A DNA stretch of 64,000 bases, taken from Burkholderiales bacterium (GTDB lineage Bacteria > Pseudomonadota > Gammaproteobacteria > Burkholderiales > Casimicrobiaceae). Location of the stretch: the NCBI GenBank assembly GCA_046347755.1, contig JAXMFM010000004.1, positions 368,028 to 432,027 on the forward strand, written 5' to 3'. The notes below the pieces were generated by a model that saw nothing but the letters and a program-made list of their open reading frames with translations, was not told the DNA's origin and did no database searches. The position numbers were made by a program, and so were the translations under genes. Below, piece after piece: positions 46,256 to 57,150 of this stretch; positions within the stretch are counted from its first letter, which is position 1; every line of letters starts with the position of its first letter.

Positions 46256-47194
46256 TCATCTCGAAACGCGCGTTCCAGGGCACCGGTCCGCCACGAACGC
46301 GGCCACGTCGGTCGCCACCGTCGGCGACGTCGGCTCGAAGCGGACGGCCGGCGACGACCGCAGCCACGTCAGCTGGCGCTTGGCGAGCTGGCGCGTCGCG
46401 GCGATGCCGCGCTCGCGCAGCGCCGGCGCGTCGATGCGGCCGTCCAGGAAATCCCACGCCTGCCGATAGCCGACGCAGCGCATCGCCGGCATCTGCGGCG
46501 CCAGCGCGTGGCGGGCGCGCAGCGCGCGCAACTCGTCGACCAGTCCGGCCTGAAGCATCGCGTCGAACCGGCGCGCGATCGCGGCGTGCAGGCGCGCGCG
46601 ATCGTCCGGCACCAGCGCGATCGCGATCGCCGCGTCCGGCGCCGCGCGCTCGCGGCGCCCCTGCAGCGCCGACAGCGGCACGCCGGTGAGTGCATGCACT
46701 TCGAGCGCGCGCTGGATGCGTTGCGCGTCCGTCGGCGGCAGGCGCGCCGCGGTGGCCGGGTCGACGCGCGCGAGCTCCGCGTGCAGCGCCGGCCAGCCTT
46801 CGCGCGCCGCGCGCGCATCCAGGTCGGCGCGCATAGCAGCGTCCGCTTCGGGCAGCGCCGAAAGGCCCTCGGTCAGCGCCTTGAAATACAGCATCGTACC
46901 GCCGGCGACCACCGGCATGCGGCCGCGCGCGCGGATCGCCGCGATCGCCGCCCGTGCGTCGCGGACGAAGCGCGCCGCCGAGTACGCTTCGGTCGGTTCG
47001 ACGAGGTCGATCAGGTGGTGCGGAACGCGCGCACGCTCTTCCGCCGGCGGCTTCGCGGTGCCGATGTCCATGCCCCGGTAGACCTGCGCCGAATCGACGG
47101 TGACGATCTCGCCGCCGAACCGCTCGGCGAGCGCGATCGCGAGCGCGCTCTTGCCCGTCGCCGTCGGGCCCATCAGCAGGACGGCGGGGATCAC
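46256..47194 (-). CDS. miaA: tRNA dimethylallyltransferase
   Basis: [31 protein letters not shown]. Confidence 0.95.
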   Translation of the reverse strand: MIPAVLLMGPTATGKSALAIALAERFGGEIVTVDSAQVYRGMDIGTAKPPAEERARVPHHLIDLVEPTEAYSAARFVRDARAAIAAIRARGRMPVVAGGTMLYFKALTEGLSALPEADAAMRADLDARAAREGWPALHAELARVDPATAARLPPTDAQRIQRALEVHALTGVPLSALQGRRERAAPDAAIAIALVPDDRARLHAAIARRFDAMLQAGLVDELRALRARHALAPQMPAMRCVGYRQAWDFLDGRIDAPALRERGIAATRQLAKRQLTWLRSSPAVRFEPTSPTVATDVAAFVADRCPGTRVSR

Positions 47195-47198
47195 GCGG

Positions 47199-48968
47199 CT
47201 AGCGACCGCGCATGAACAGGCGGTCGAGGTCGGACAGCGAAAGCTGGTACCACGTCGGCCGGCCGTGGTTGCATTGGCCGCCCCGCTCGGTGGCCTCCAT
47301 CTGCCGCAGCAGCGCGTTCATCTCGCTCACCGTCAGCATGCGATTCGCGCGCACGGAACCGTGGCACGCCATCGTCGACAGCAGTTCGTCGCGCCTGGAC
47401 GCGAGCGCCTGCGTGCCGCCGAATTCGCGGATGTCGTGCAGCACCGCTCGCGCGAGCGCCGCCGGGTCGGCGCCGGTCAGCGGCGCCGGAACGCCGCGCA
47501 CGGCGAGCGTGCCGGGGCCGATCGTCGACAACGCGAAGCCCAGCGTCGCGAGCGCGTCGGCGTTCTCTTCGGCCGTCGCGACTTCCAGCGGCTCGGCCGC
47601 GAACGTCGCCGGCACCAGCAGCGGCTGCACCGGCAGCCGGGCGTCCTCGACGGCCTTCAGCCGTTCGTAGACGATCCGCTCGTGCGCGGCGTGCATGTCG
47701 ACCAGCACGAGTCCGGCGCGGTTCTGCGCGAGGACGTAGATGCCGTGCAGCTGCGCGAGCGCGAAGCCGAGCGGATGCGGATCGTCGCCGGGCAGCGCCG
47801 GCGCCGGGGCGTCGATGCGCGTCCCGAACAGCTTCGCATAGAACGCCGAGGGCTCGGCAGCGTCGATCGCAAGCGAAGGCTGCGGGCGGGGGCCGAAGGA
47901 GCCGCTGCCGTACGACGGGCCTGGCGGCAACTGCGCGGCGGCGAGGCCGAGCTTCTCCGCAGCCGACACGGCCGGCTGCTCGGCCGCCGTCGCCGCCAGC
48001 GCGCGCTCGACCGCGTGCCGCACGAACTGGTGGATCGCGCCCGCGTCGCGGAAGCGCACTTCGATCTTCTGCGGATGCACGTTGACGTCGACGCGGCGCG
48101 GATCGACGTCGAGCCACAGCGCGTACGCGGGCTGCCGGTCGTGATGCAGGACGTCGCGATACGCGTCACGCAGCGCGTGCGAAAGCACGCGATCGCGCAC
48201 GAACCGGCCGTTGACGAACACGTACTGGCCGCCGCCCTGCGCCGCGTACGCGGGCCGGACGGCGAAACCGGCGATGCGCACGCCGCCGGCTTCGGCGTCC
48301 ACGCGCGCCGCGTGCGCGACGAAGTCGTCGCCGAGCAGCTGCTCGACGCGTGCCTGCCGGCCGCCGGCGACCAGCCGATGGACGACGCGGCCGTTGTGCT
48401 GCAGCGTGAACGCGGTCTCCGGATGCGCGAGCGCGACGCGGCGGAACGCCTCGTCGCAGTGTCCCCACTCGGTGGCTTCGGTGCGCAGGAACTTGCGGCG
48501 CGCCGGCGTGTTGAAGAACAGCTCCTCGACGGTGACCGACGTTCCCTCGGAAAGCGCCGCGGGCGAGACGGGCGCCACCGTGCCGCCCTCGACCTCGATC
48601 CGCCACGCGTGCGGCCTGCCGACCGCACGCGACGCCAGCGCCAGTCGCGACACCGACGCGATCGACGCCAGCGCCTCGCCGCGAAAGCCCAGCGACTCGA
48701 TCGCCTCGAGGTCCAGCACCGACTGGATCTTCGACGTCGCGTGCCGTGAAACCGCGAGCGCCAGGTCCTCCCGCTCGATGCCGCCGCCGTTGTCGGCGAC
48801 GCGGATGCGCTTGACGCCGCCCGCGGCGAGATCGACCTCGACCTGCGTCGCCCCCGCGTCGAGCGCGTTCTCGAGCAGTTCCTTCAGCGCCGCCGCCGGG
48901 CGCTCGACGACCTCGCCGGCGGCAATCTGGTTGATCAGCAGGTCGGGCAGCGTGCGGATCGCCGCCAT
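47199..48968 (-). CDS. mutL: DNA mismatch repair endonuclease MutL
   Basis: [17 protein letters not shown], and endonuclease motifs [21 protein letters not shown] (MutH-independent type). Confidence 0.96.
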   Translation of the reverse strand: MAAIRTLPDLLINQIAAGEVVERPAAALKELLENALDAGATQVEVDLAAGGVKRIRVADNGGGIEREDLALAVSRHATSKIQSVLDLEAIESLGFRGEALASIASVSRLALASRAVGRPHAWRIEVEGGTVAPVSPAALSEGTSVTVEELFFNTPARRKFLRTEATEWGHCDEAFRRVALAHPETAFTLQHNGRVVHRLVAGGRQARVEQLLGDDFVAHAARVDAEAGGVRIAGFAVRPAYAAQGGGQYVFVNGRFVRDRVLSHALRDAYRDVLHHDRQPAYALWLDVDPRRVDVNVHPQKIEVRFRDAGAIHQFVRHAVERALAATAAEQPAVSAAEKLGLAAAQLPPGPSYGSGSFGPRPQPSLAIDAAEPSAFYAKLFGTRIDAPAPALPGDDPHPLGFALAQLHGIYVLAQNRAGLVLVDMHAAHERIVYERLKAVEDARLPVQPLLVPATFAAEPLEVATAEENADALATLGFALSTIGPGTLAVRGVPAPLTGADPAALARAVLHDIREFGGTQALASRRDELLSTMACHGSVRANRMLTVSEMNALLRQMEATERGGQCNHGRPTWYQLSLSDLDRLFMRGR

Positions 48969-49675
48969 TACCGAAGCAGCCCTTTGGCCCAGCGGGCGTA
49001 GATGCCGTCCGCGACTTCGCCCAGCATGGCGAGGCGCGCGTCGAGGTCGCTCTGCAGGTCGGCCGCGCTCTGTTTGTGCGCGCTCGACCGCGCCGGCAGT
49101 TCGCTGCCGCCGCTCTTGCACCACGACTCGACGAGTTCGCGCGTCATCTCGATGTGGCACTGGAAGCCGACGTGCCGGTCGTCGATGACGAAGCCCTGGT
49201 TGACGGCGACGTCGTTGGTCAGGATGCGCGTGGCCATCGGCGGCAGGTCGAACTTGTCGTAGTGCCACTGGAACGCCGCGAAGCGCGGCAGTCCGCCGAA
49301 CCACTCGCGCCGCGCGCCGCGATCGCACACGTCGACGTGCAGCCAGCCGATCTCCGGCTCGTCCATCCTAGTCACGCGCGCGCCGAGCGCCTTCGCCATC
49401 AGCTGTCCGCCCAGGCAGTGCCCGATCACCGGCGTGCCGTCGGAGATGGCGTCGCGCAGCAGGCTCGACAGCGGCGCGATCCACGGCAGCTTGTCGTTGA
49501 CGCTCATGGGGCCGCCCATCATGCCGATGCCCGAGAACCCGGCCGGGCTCGCCGGCACCGGTGCGCCTTCGTCCAGCGCAATCAGCTGCCAGGCAATGCC
49601 CTGCTGCGTCAGCCAGACGCCGAAGCGACCCGGGGTCTCGGTCGGCGAAAAGCGGAAGATGGCGACGGGACGCAT
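48968..49675 (-). CDS. Class I glutamine amidotransferase-like protein
   Basis: GGPMSVND, GHCLGGQL nucleophile, HIE; TAATG overlap with mutL. Confidence 0.85.
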   Translation of the reverse strand: MRPVAIFRFSPTETPGRFGVWLTQQGIAWQLIALDEGAPVPASPAGFSGIGMMGGPMSVNDKLPWIAPLSSLLRDAISDGTPVIGHCLGGQLMAKALGARVTRMDEPEIGWLHVDVCDRGARREWFGGLPRFAAFQWHYDKFDLPPMATRILTNDVAVNQGFVIDDRHVGFQCHIEMTRELVESWCKSGGSELPARSSAHKQSAADLQSDLDARLAMLGEVADGIYARWAKGLLR

Positions 49676-49822
49676 GGAACCGCAAATTCTAGCAGGCGCC
49701 CCCGCCCGACACGTCGCCAATGGCCTCCCGGGCCTGGCTTCTCGACCCGAAGTCGATGAGTGTCGGCCTCGCGCGTCGACTCGCGATTGCCCGCCGCCCT
49801 TCGGGCCTCGCCGCTCGCGCCG

Positions 49823-50575
49823 CTACATCTGCTTGAACAGGTGCGTGAACTGCCGCGAGATCGGCAGCTTCTCCTGCCGGTTCTTGAGCAGCACGAACTG
49901 CCGCTCGGCGTCTTCGCGCAACACGCCGCTGACGGCGTCGAGATTCACGATGGTCCCGCGGTGCACCTGCCAGAACCGTTCCGGATCGAGCTCGCTCAAC
50001 AGTTCCTTGAGCGGCGTGCGGATGAGCGCCTCGCCGTTGGCGAGCACGACGCGCGTGTACTTGGTGTCCGACTGGAAGTACAGCACGTCGGCCACGGGAA
50101 TGAGCTTGACCTGCTTGCCGACGGCGGCCTTCACCCACTTCATCCGGGTACCCTGGCCGCCGACGGTCGCGCGCAGCTGCGCGAGCAGCGACGACAGGTC
50201 GATCGGCGGGCTCGCGAGCCGGCGAGCGACGCGTTCGGCCATCACGCGCAGCCGGTCGGCGTCGACCGGCTTCAGCAGGTAGTCGGCGGCGCCGGCCTCG
50301 AACGCCTGCACCGCGTACTGGTCGTACGCGGTGATGAACACGACGTGGCATTGCGCGCCGATCTGCGCGGCGACGTCGAGGCCCGAGAGGCCCGGCATCC
50401 GGATGTCGAGGAACGCGATCTGCGGCGCGCACTCCTCCGCGAGCGCCAGCGCCTGCTCGCCGTTCTCGGCGACGGCGACGATCTGAAGCTCCGGCCACAC
50501 CTCGGCCAGCTTTTCGATCAGCCGCTCGCGCATCAGCGGCTCGTCCTCGGCGATCAGCGCGGTCGGTCTGCTCAT
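49823..50575 (-). CDS. LytTR-family response regulator
   Basis: AEDE, FLDIRMP, TAYDQYA, LKP; FWQVHRGTIVN LytTR domain. Confidence 0.92.
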   Translation of the reverse strand: MSRPTALIAEDEPLMRERLIEKLAEVWPELQIVAVAENGEQALALAEECAPQIAFLDIRMPGLSGLDVAAQIGAQCHVVFITAYDQYAVQAFEAGAADYLLKPVDADRLRVMAERVARRLASPPIDLSSLLAQLRATVGGQGTRMKWVKAAVGKQVKLIPVADVLYFQSDTKYTRVVLANGEALIRTPLKELLSELDPERFWQVHRGTIVNLDAVSGVLREDAERQFVLLKNRQEKLPISRQFTHLFKQM

Positions 50576-51768
50576 GACATGTCCGCCTCGTGCTCGACGC
50601 GGGCCGGCGCTACCGGCGCGCCGGACGCCGCCATCGGCAGCAGGATGCGCGCGCGGAACCCGCGCGGCTCGTTCTCCGTCAGCTCGAGCGACGCGCGCGC
50701 GCCGTACAGCAGCTGCAGCCGCTCGCGGATGTTGGCGAGCCCGATGCCGCTCGCCGTGGGGCCGTCCGCGAAGCCGGCGCCCGTGTCGGCCACGCAAAGC
50801 GCCAGCGCGCCGCCGTCGCGGTCCGCCGTCACGTCGACGCGGCCGCCCGAAGGCACGGGCTCGATGCCGTGCTTGATCGCGTTCTCGGTCAGCGTGATCA
50901 GCATGCCCGGCGGAATCGCGGTCGCCAGCACGTCGTCGGCGACGGCGACCGACCACTGCAGGCGGCGGCCGAGCCTCGTCGCCATGATGCCCAGGTACGC
51001 GCGGATCATCGTCGTCTCCTGGCGCACCGTCGTCATGTCGTCGCGCAGCGTCGGCGTCGCCGCGCGCAGGAACTCGATCAGCTCGCCGATCAGCCGCGCG
51101 GCATCCGGCGCGCCGCGCTCGGCCAGCTGCTGCGCGCTGCCCAGCGTGTTGAACAGGAAGTGGGGCTCGATCTGCAGCTGCAGCATCTTGAGCTTGGACT
51201 CGGCGAGCTGGCGCGACGTCTCGCTCTGCCGCGCCTCGGCCTCGAGGTGCGCGGTCAGCGCGCGGTACTCGCGGTTGCGCACGTGCGCGATCAGCGCGGT
51301 CACGAACGCGAACAGGAAGCCGAACACGAGCCCGGCGATGACGACGTGCCGCAGCTTCGCGCTGTCCTGGAAGAACGCGAACGGATCCACGCCCTGCACC
51401 AGCCCGGCGATGCTCGCGCCGACCAGCGCGCCGGCGAGCGCCAGCAGCGGCGCGGCGACGATGTAGCGGAAGATGCGGCCCTGGAACCGCCGGTAGCCGA
51501 ACCACGCGGACAGGCCCGACCACAGCAGCGTCAGCACGACGAGGTTGAACAGGATCGCCGCCTCGGCGAACGACATGTTCCACGGCAGCTGCGAGGCGAT
51601 CCACGCGACGAGCGTGGTGACGCCGACGATGCCCAGCAGCCACATCCAGCCGCCGTTCGCGTAGAACCAGCGGTCGAACGCGCGCACGTCCCGGCGCTCG
51701 ATCTCGGACAGCGGCGACAGCACGCGCTGCGCGAACGCTTCGTAGCGTCTCTTGATGGCGGCGATCAT
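50572..51768 (-). CDS. LytS/YehU-family membrane sensor histidine kinase
   Basis: About 4 TM helices, QIEPHFLFNTL, ENAIKHG, DTGAG, GIGLANIRERL. Confidence 0.9.
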   Translation of the reverse strand: MIAAIKRRYEAFAQRVLSPLSEIERRDVRAFDRWFYANGGWMWLLGIVGVTTLVAWIASQLPWNMSFAEAAILFNLVVLTLLWSGLSAWFGYRRFQGRIFRYIVAAPLLALAGALVGASIAGLVQGVDPFAFFQDSAKLRHVVIAGLVFGFLFAFVTALIAHVRNREYRALTAHLEAEARQSETSRQLAESKLKMLQLQIEPHFLFNTLGSAQQLAERGAPDAARLIGELIEFLRAATPTLRDDMTTVRQETTMIRAYLGIMATRLGRRLQWSVAVADDVLATAIPPGMLITLTENAIKHGIEPVPSGGRVDVTADRDGGALALCVADTGAGFADGPTASGIGLANIRERLQLLYGARASLELTENEPRGFRARILLPMAASGAPVAPARVEHEADMS

Positions 51769-51811
51769 CGGAGCCGATTGTAGGAGCAAAGCTCCCGCGG
51801 GTGCAGGTGCG

Positions 51812-51861
51812 CGACGGGCGGCGATCCGAGGGGGGCGAACCGCGCCGGGGTTCGACGAACG
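51812..51861 (-). promoter_or_regulatory. Three imperfect 9-bp direct repeats, putative LytTR boxes
   Basis: Minus strand CGTTCGTCG / GGTTCGCCC / CGCCCGTCG at 20-21 bp period, upstream of a TACAAT -10 (51777-51782). Confidence 0.5.
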
Positions 51862-51862
51862 C

Positions 51863-51907
51863 CCGTCACCCGCCCTTCGGGCACCCTTTCCCGCTCGCGG
51901 GGCAGGG
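51863..51907. repeat. REP-like element (CCC..CCCGCCCTTCGGGCACCCTTTCCCGC..GCGGGGCAGGG type)
   Basis: Nested hairpins gccc-ttc-gggc and ccc..cccgc/gcggg..ggg; partial copy at 49794-49819. Confidence 0.55.
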
Positions 51908-51918
51908 CAGCGTGGTGG

Positions 51919-52737
51919 CTACATCCCGCGCGCGACGCGGGCGTAGGCCGAGTGGTTGTGGATCGACTCGAAGTTCTCGGCCTCGACGCTGTACGCGTCG
52001 AACCGCGCGTCGGCGGCGAGCCGGCCCGCGACGCCGCGCACCAGGTCCTCGACGAAGCGCGGATTGTCGTACGCGCGCTCGGTCACGTACTTCTCGTCGG
52101 CGCGCTTCAGGATCCCGTACAGCTCGCTCGACGCCTCGTCCTCGGCGATCCGCAACAGCTCGGCCACGTGCACCGGGGCGCCCGTGCGCACGGTGATCGT
52201 CACCGTCGAGCGCTGGTTGTGCGCGCCGTAGTCGGCGATCTCCTTCGAGCACGGGCACAGCGAAGTCACCGGCACCGCGACTGCGATGGTCGTCGTCACG
52301 CGGCCGCCGCGAAGCTCGCCGGTCAGGCGAACCTCGTAATCGAGCAGGCTCGCGACCCCCGACACCGGCGCGGTCTTGCGCACGAAATACGGGAACGCGA
52401 GCTCGATGCGGCCGCCGTCCACGTCCAGCCGCTGCGCCATGTCGACGAGCAGGTCCGGCAGCCCTGCGACCGACAGCGGCGCCGCGCCCGGCGCCGCGCG
52501 CTCCTCGAGCAGCATGACCAGCCGCGACATGTGCGTGCCCTTGCGGTCCTCGGGCAACGCCACGTAGACGTTGGCGACCGCGATCGTCGGCTGCGCGACG
52601 CCGTCGCGGTCCGCGAACTGCAGCGGGTACTTCAGGCCGCGGATGCCGACCTGGTCGATCGCCACGTTGCGCTCGTCGATCCCCGACTGGACGTCGGGAA
52701 TCGGCATCAGGCGGCCGGGTTGTTCGGGCTTGTTCAT
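51919..52737 (-). CDS. folE2: GTP cyclohydrolase I type IB
   Basis: IPDVQ, KGTHMSR, TSLCPCSKEI, GAHNQRS, ESIHNHSA. Confidence 0.95.
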   Translation of the reverse strand: MNKPEQPGRLMPIPDVQSGIDERNVAIDQVGIRGLKYPLQFADRDGVAQPTIAVANVYVALPEDRKGTHMSRLVMLLEERAAPGAAPLSVAGLPDLLVDMAQRLDVDGGRIELAFPYFVRKTAPVSGVASLLDYEVRLTGELRGGRVTTTIAVAVPVTSLCPCSKEIADYGAHNQRSTVTITVRTGAPVHVAELLRIAEDEASSELYGILKRADEKYVTERAYDNPRFVEDLVRGVAGRLAADARFDAYSVEAENFESIHNHSAYARVARGM

Positions 52738-52780
52738 GAGGGTCGGCGGGAATTGTAGCGGAACGCGCGGCGCGGCCCCG

Positions 52781-54670
52781 TCAGGCCGCCGGCTTGGCCC
52801 ACGATTCGGAGGGACGGGCGCCGAACCGCGCGACGACGGCCGCCGCGATTCCCTTGGCGTCCAGACCCGCCTGCGCCAGCAGAAGCGCCGGGTCGCCGTG
52901 GTCGATGAAATGGTCGGGGAGCCCGAGGTGCAGGATCGGCACGGTGATGCCGGCGGCGGCGAGCGCCTCCGCGACCGCACTGCCGGCGCCTCCGGCCACC
53001 ACGCCTTCCTCGATGGTGACCAGCGCGTCGTGCTCGCGGGCGAGCCGCTCGACCAGGCCGACGTCGAGCGGCTTGACGAAGCGCATGTTCGCCACCGTCG
53101 CGTCGAGCTCCTCCGCGGCGGCCAGCGCCGGATGCAGCATCGGGCCGAACGCAAGCAGCGCGACGCGGTGCACGCGCTTCTTCGCGTCGCGGCGGATCTC
53201 GCCCTTGCCCACCGGCAGCGCGTGCATCGCAGCCTCGATCGGTACGCCGGGACCGCTGCCGCGCGGGTAGCGGACCGCGGCCGGCGACCCGAGCATCACG
53301 CCCGTGTACAGCATCTGCCGGCATTCGTTCTCGTCGGACGGCGTCATCACCGTCGTGTTCGGCAGGCAGCGCAGGTACGCGATGTCGAACGCGCCGATGT
53401 GCGTGGCGCCGTCGGCGCCGACCACGCCCGCGCGGTCGACGGCGAACAGCACCGGCAGGTTCTGCAGCACGACGTCGTGGATCACCTGGTCGTACGCGCG
53501 CTGCAGGAACGTCGAGTAGATGGCGACCACCGGCCGCAGGCCTTCGCACGCGAGCCCGGCGGCGAACGTCACCGCGTGCTGCTCGGCGATGCCGACGTCG
53601 AAATAGCGGTCGGGAAACTCCCGCGAGAAGCGGACGAGCCCCGAGCCTTCGCGCATCGCCGGCGTGATGCCGACCACGCGCGGATCGCGCGCCGCGACGT
53701 CGCACAGCCAGTCGCCGAACACCTGCGTGTACGACGGCCGCGCCGGCGGCTTCGCCACGATGCCGACCGCCGGGTCGAACTTCGTGACGCCGTGATAGAG
53801 GATCGGATCCTCCTCGGCCTTCGGATACCCGTAGCCCTTCTTCGTGATCACGTGCAGGAACTGCGGCCCGGGCAGCTCGCGGACGTTGGCCAGCGTGCGC
53901 GTCAGCGTCTCGAGATCGTGGCCGTCGATCGGGCCGATGTAGTTGAAGCCGAATTCCTCGAACAGCGTGCCGGGCAGCAGCATGCCCTTCATGTGCTCTT
54001 CCCAGCGCTTCGCGAGGTCGTGCACCGGCGGCAGCTTGGCCAGCACTTCCTTGCCGCCGCGGCGCACGGTGTTGTACACGCGGCCCGACAGGATCTTCGC
54101 CAGGTAGTTGTTGAACGCGCCGACCGGTTCGGAGATCGACATCTCGTTGTCGTTGAGGATCACCAGCACGTTCGCGCCCTGCGCGTTGTTGAGCGCTTCG
54201 AACGCCATGCCGGCGCTCATCGCGCCGTCGCCGATCACCGCGACGACGTGCCGCGACTCGCCCTTGATCGCGGCCGCGCGCGCCATGCCGAGCGCGGCGG
54301 AAATCGACGTCGACGAATGCGCGGTGCCGAACGTGTCGTACTCCGATTCGCCGCGGCGCGGGAAGCCCGACGGGCCGTCCCACTGCCGCAGCCGCGCCAT
54401 CGCGTCGCGCCGCCCGGTCAGGATCTTGTGCGCGTACGTCTGGTGGCCGACGTCCCAGACGATCCGGTCTTCCGGCGTGTCGAACACGTAGTGCAGCGCG
54501 ATCGTCAGCTCGACGGTGCCCAGGTTCGACGACAGGTGGCCGCCGGTCTGCGCGACCGAGTAGAGCAGGAACGCGCGAAGCTCGCGCGCGAGGTCGCGCA
54601 GCTGCGACCGGTCGAGCAGCCGCAGGTCGGCGGGGCTGTTGATCCTTTCGAGGAGCGGATAGGAACCCAT
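52781..54670 (-). CDS. dxs: 1-deoxy-D-xylulose-5-phosphate synthase
   Basis: [33 protein letters not shown]. Confidence 0.97.
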   Translation of the reverse strand: MGSYPLLERINSPADLRLLDRSQLRDLARELRAFLLYSVAQTGGHLSSNLGTVELTIALHYVFDTPEDRIVWDVGHQTYAHKILTGRRDAMARLRQWDGPSGFPRRGESEYDTFGTAHSSTSISAALGMARAAAIKGESRHVVAVIGDGAMSAGMAFEALNNAQGANVLVILNDNEMSISEPVGAFNNYLAKILSGRVYNTVRRGGKEVLAKLPPVHDLAKRWEEHMKGMLLPGTLFEEFGFNYIGPIDGHDLETLTRTLANVRELPGPQFLHVITKKGYGYPKAEEDPILYHGVTKFDPAVGIVAKPPARPSYTQVFGDWLCDVAARDPRVVGITPAMREGSGLVRFSREFPDRYFDVGIAEQHAVTFAAGLACEGLRPVVAIYSTFLQRAYDQVIHDVVLQNLPVLFAVDRAGVVGADGATHIGAFDIAYLRCLPNTTVMTPSDENECRQMLYTGVMLGSPAAVRYPRGSGPGVPIEAAMHALPVGKGEIRRDAKKRVHRVALLAFGPMLHPALAAAEELDATVANMRFVKPLDVGLVERLAREHDALVTIEEGVVAGGAGSAVAEALAAAGITVPILHLGLPDHFIDHGDPALLLAQAGLDAKGIAAAVVARFGARPSESWAKPAA

Positions 54671-54677
54671 GTCGCTC

Positions 54678-55565
54678 TCAGTGATCGCGGCGCGCGATCC
54701 AGTCGGCGATCTCGCGCAGCCGGCGGGACGCGCCGCCGAAGGGCGCGAGCGCCGCATGCGCGTCTTCCGCCAGCCGGGCGGCATGGCGCTTCGCTTCGGC
54801 GAGTCCCAGCAGCGTCACGTACGTCGGCTTGTTCTGCGCGGCGTCCTTGCCGGCGGTCTTGCCCAGCAGGGCCGCGGAACCTTCGACGTCGAGCACGTCG
54901 TCGACCACCTGGAACGCGAGGCCCGCCGCGGCGGCGAACGCGTCGAGCGCGCGCGCCTCGTCGTCGGCCAGCGGCCGGCCGCACGCGGCGCCTAAGCGAA
55001 CCGCGGCGCGGATCAGCGCGCCGGTCTTCAACCGATGCATCGTCTCCAGCGCGGTCAGCGACATCGCGACGCCGACGTGCGCGAGGTCGATCGCCTGTCC
55101 GCCCGCCATGCCCGCGGCGCCCGCGGCGTGCGCCAGCATCGCGCAGGCCTGCGCGGGGTCGCGCATGGGCGTGGCGGCGAGCGCGCCGAACGCCTGCGCC
55201 TGCAGCGCGTCGCCGGCCAGCAGCGCGACTGCTTCGCCGAACGCGACGTGGCAGGTCGGCTTGCCGCGGCGAAGCACGTCGTTGTCCATGCACGGCAGGT
55301 CGTCGTGCGCGAGCGAGTACGCGTGGATCATCTCGACCGCGGCGGCCGCGCCGTCGACGGTCGCGGGATCGGCGCCCGCCAGTTCGCCGGCCGCGTACGC
55401 GAGCAGCGGGCGCACGCGCTTGCCGCCGCCCAGCGCCGCGTAGCGGATGGCCTCGGCGAGCCGCGCGGGAACCGTGGCGTCGAAGGCCAGCGCGCGGTCG
55501 AGCACGTCTTCGATCCGGCGCTGCCGCTCGCCCGCCCACACGGCGAATGCGACGTCAGGGTCCAT
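54678..55565 (-). CDS. ispA: Farnesyl diphosphate synthase
   Basis: [26 protein letters not shown]. Confidence 0.93.
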   Translation of the reverse strand: MDPDVAFAVWAGERQRRIEDVLDRALAFDATVPARLAEAIRYAALGGGKRVRPLLAYAAGELAGADPATVDGAAAAVEMIHAYSLAHDDLPCMDNDVLRRGKPTCHVAFGEAVALLAGDALQAQAFGALAATPMRDPAQACAMLAHAAGAAGMAGGQAIDLAHVGVAMSLTALETMHRLKTGALIRAAVRLGAACGRPLADDEARALDAFAAAAGLAFQVVDDVLDVEGSAALLGKTAGKDAAQNKPTYVTLLGLAEAKRHAARLAEDAHAALAPFGGASRRLREIADWIARRDH

Positions 55566-55794
55566 CGTCGCCGCCGTCGGGCGAGAACGCCTTCAGCACG
55601 CCCTTCTCCAGGATTTCGATCTGCTGCTGCGCGTCCTTGAGCGCGGCCTGGCAATATGCGACCAGTTCCGCGCCGCGCTTGTACGCGGCAAGCGACTCGG
55701 CCAGCGGCAGCTGTTCGGCTTCCATCGACGCGACGATAGCCTCGAGTTCAGCCAGTGCCGTTTCGAAGTCTTTCGGAGGTGGGGGCTCTGCCAT
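55555..55794 (-). CDS. xseB: Exodeoxyribonuclease VII small subunit
   Basis: FETALAELEAIV..ME...LAESL..Y.RG; conserved position before ispA-dxs. Confidence 0.93.
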   Translation of the reverse strand: MAEPPPPKDFETALAELEAIVASMEAEQLPLAESLAAYKRGAELVAYCQAALKDAQQQIEILEKGVLKAFSPDGGDDGP

Positions 55795-56021
55795 GCGTCG
55801 CCGGTCGGCCGCCATGCGCGAGGAAGCGCGCTAAGGTCTTGACCTTATGGCGGAAAGCCGCATATTATAGCAGCGTTTCAAGACGGCCTCTCACGATCCT
55901 TTCGTGCGGCCGACTTAGCAAAGCGGTCCGGGGCGGCATTTGCCGTTGCAAAAGCCGTAAGCGTCCCGGGTTGTTGGGTTGGGTTGGTTGCAAGCAACCA
56001 TTAGCGACGAAAGGGTAGGCC

Positions 56022-57131
56022 GTGTCCGACCTCGCCACCGCCGGTCGTCTGCGTCAGTCGACGACGCAGTTCCCGGTTTCATGGTATTGCGATCCGCGCG
56101 TGCTCGAAGCCGAGCAGCGCCTTCTGCTGTCCGCCGGCCCCGGTTACGTCGGGCACGAGCTCATGGTGCCCGAACCGGGCGACTTCCAGGTGCTGGCCGC
56201 GCGCGGCGACGCGCAGATGCTCGTGCGCAACGCGCAGGGCGTCGAGCTCCTCTCCAACATCTGCCGGCACCGGCAGGCGATCATGTTCAACGGGCGCGGC
56301 AACGTGTCGAACATCGTCTGCCCGCTGCACCGCTGGACCTACGACCTCAAGGGCGAGCTGCTCGGCGCGCCGCATTTCGCCGACAAGCCGTGCGCGAACC
56401 TGGCGCGCGCGCCGATGCAGAACTGGAACGGGCTGCTGTTCGACGGCCCGCGCGACGTCGCGCGCGACCTGGCCGCGCTCGGCGTCAAGAATTTCGATTT
56501 CTCGGGCTACATGCTCGACCGCGTCGAGATGCATCGCGTGAACTACAACTGGAAGTCGTTCATCGAGGTCTATCTCGAGGACTACCACGTGGCGCCGTTC
56601 CATCCGGGGCTCGGCCAGTTCGTCACGTGCGACGACCTGAAGTGGGAGTTCGGCGACGCCTATTCGGTGCAGACCGTCGGCATCAACAACCGGCTGGCCA
56701 AGCCGGGAACGCGCACGTACGAGCGCTGGCACAAGGCGGTGCTCGATTTCTACCGCGGCGAAGTTCCGCAGCACGGCGCGATCTGGCTGACGTACTATCC
56801 GAACATCATGCTCGAATGGTATCCGCACGTGCTCGTCGTCAGCACCCTGCATCCGGAGGCGGTCGACCGTACGCTCAACGTCGTCGAGTTCTACTATCCG
56901 GAGGAGATCGCGCTGTTCGAACGCGAGTTCGTCGAGGCCGAGCAGGCCGCGTACATGGAGACGGCGAAGGAGGACGACGAAATCGCCGAGCGGATGGACG
57001 CCGGCCGTCGCGCGCTGTACGCGGCCGGACGCAACGAGACCGGGCCGTACCAGTCGCCGATGGAAGACGGCATGCAGCACTTCCACGAGTTCTACCGCGC
57101 ACGGATGGAGTCGCACCTCGCGCACCTGTAG
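56022..57131 (+). CDS. Rieske non-heme iron oxygenase alpha subunit (possibly putrescine 2-hydroxylase)
   Basis: CRHR...CPLH Rieske ligands; NWK..EVYLEDYHVAPFHP and distal ED iron ligands. Confidence 0.85.
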   Translation: MSDLATAGRLRQSTTQFPVSWYCDPRVLEAEQRLLLSAGPGYVGHELMVPEPGDFQVLAARGDAQMLVRNAQGVELLSNICRHRQAIMFNGRGNVSNIVCPLHRWTYDLKGELLGAPHFADKPCANLARAPMQNWNGLLFDGPRDVARDLAALGVKNFDFSGYMLDRVEMHRVNYNWKSFIEVYLEDYHVAPFHPGLGQFVTCDDLKWEFGDAYSVQTVGINNRLAKPGTRTYERWHKAVLDFYRGEVPQHGAIWLTYYPNIMLEWYPHVLVVSTLHPEAVDRTLNVVEFYYPEEIALFEREFVEAEQAAYMETAKEDDEIAERMDAGRRALYAAGRNETGPYQSPMEDGMQHFHEFYRARMESHLAHL

Positions 57132-57150
57132 AGGCGACGGTCGCGCATCG

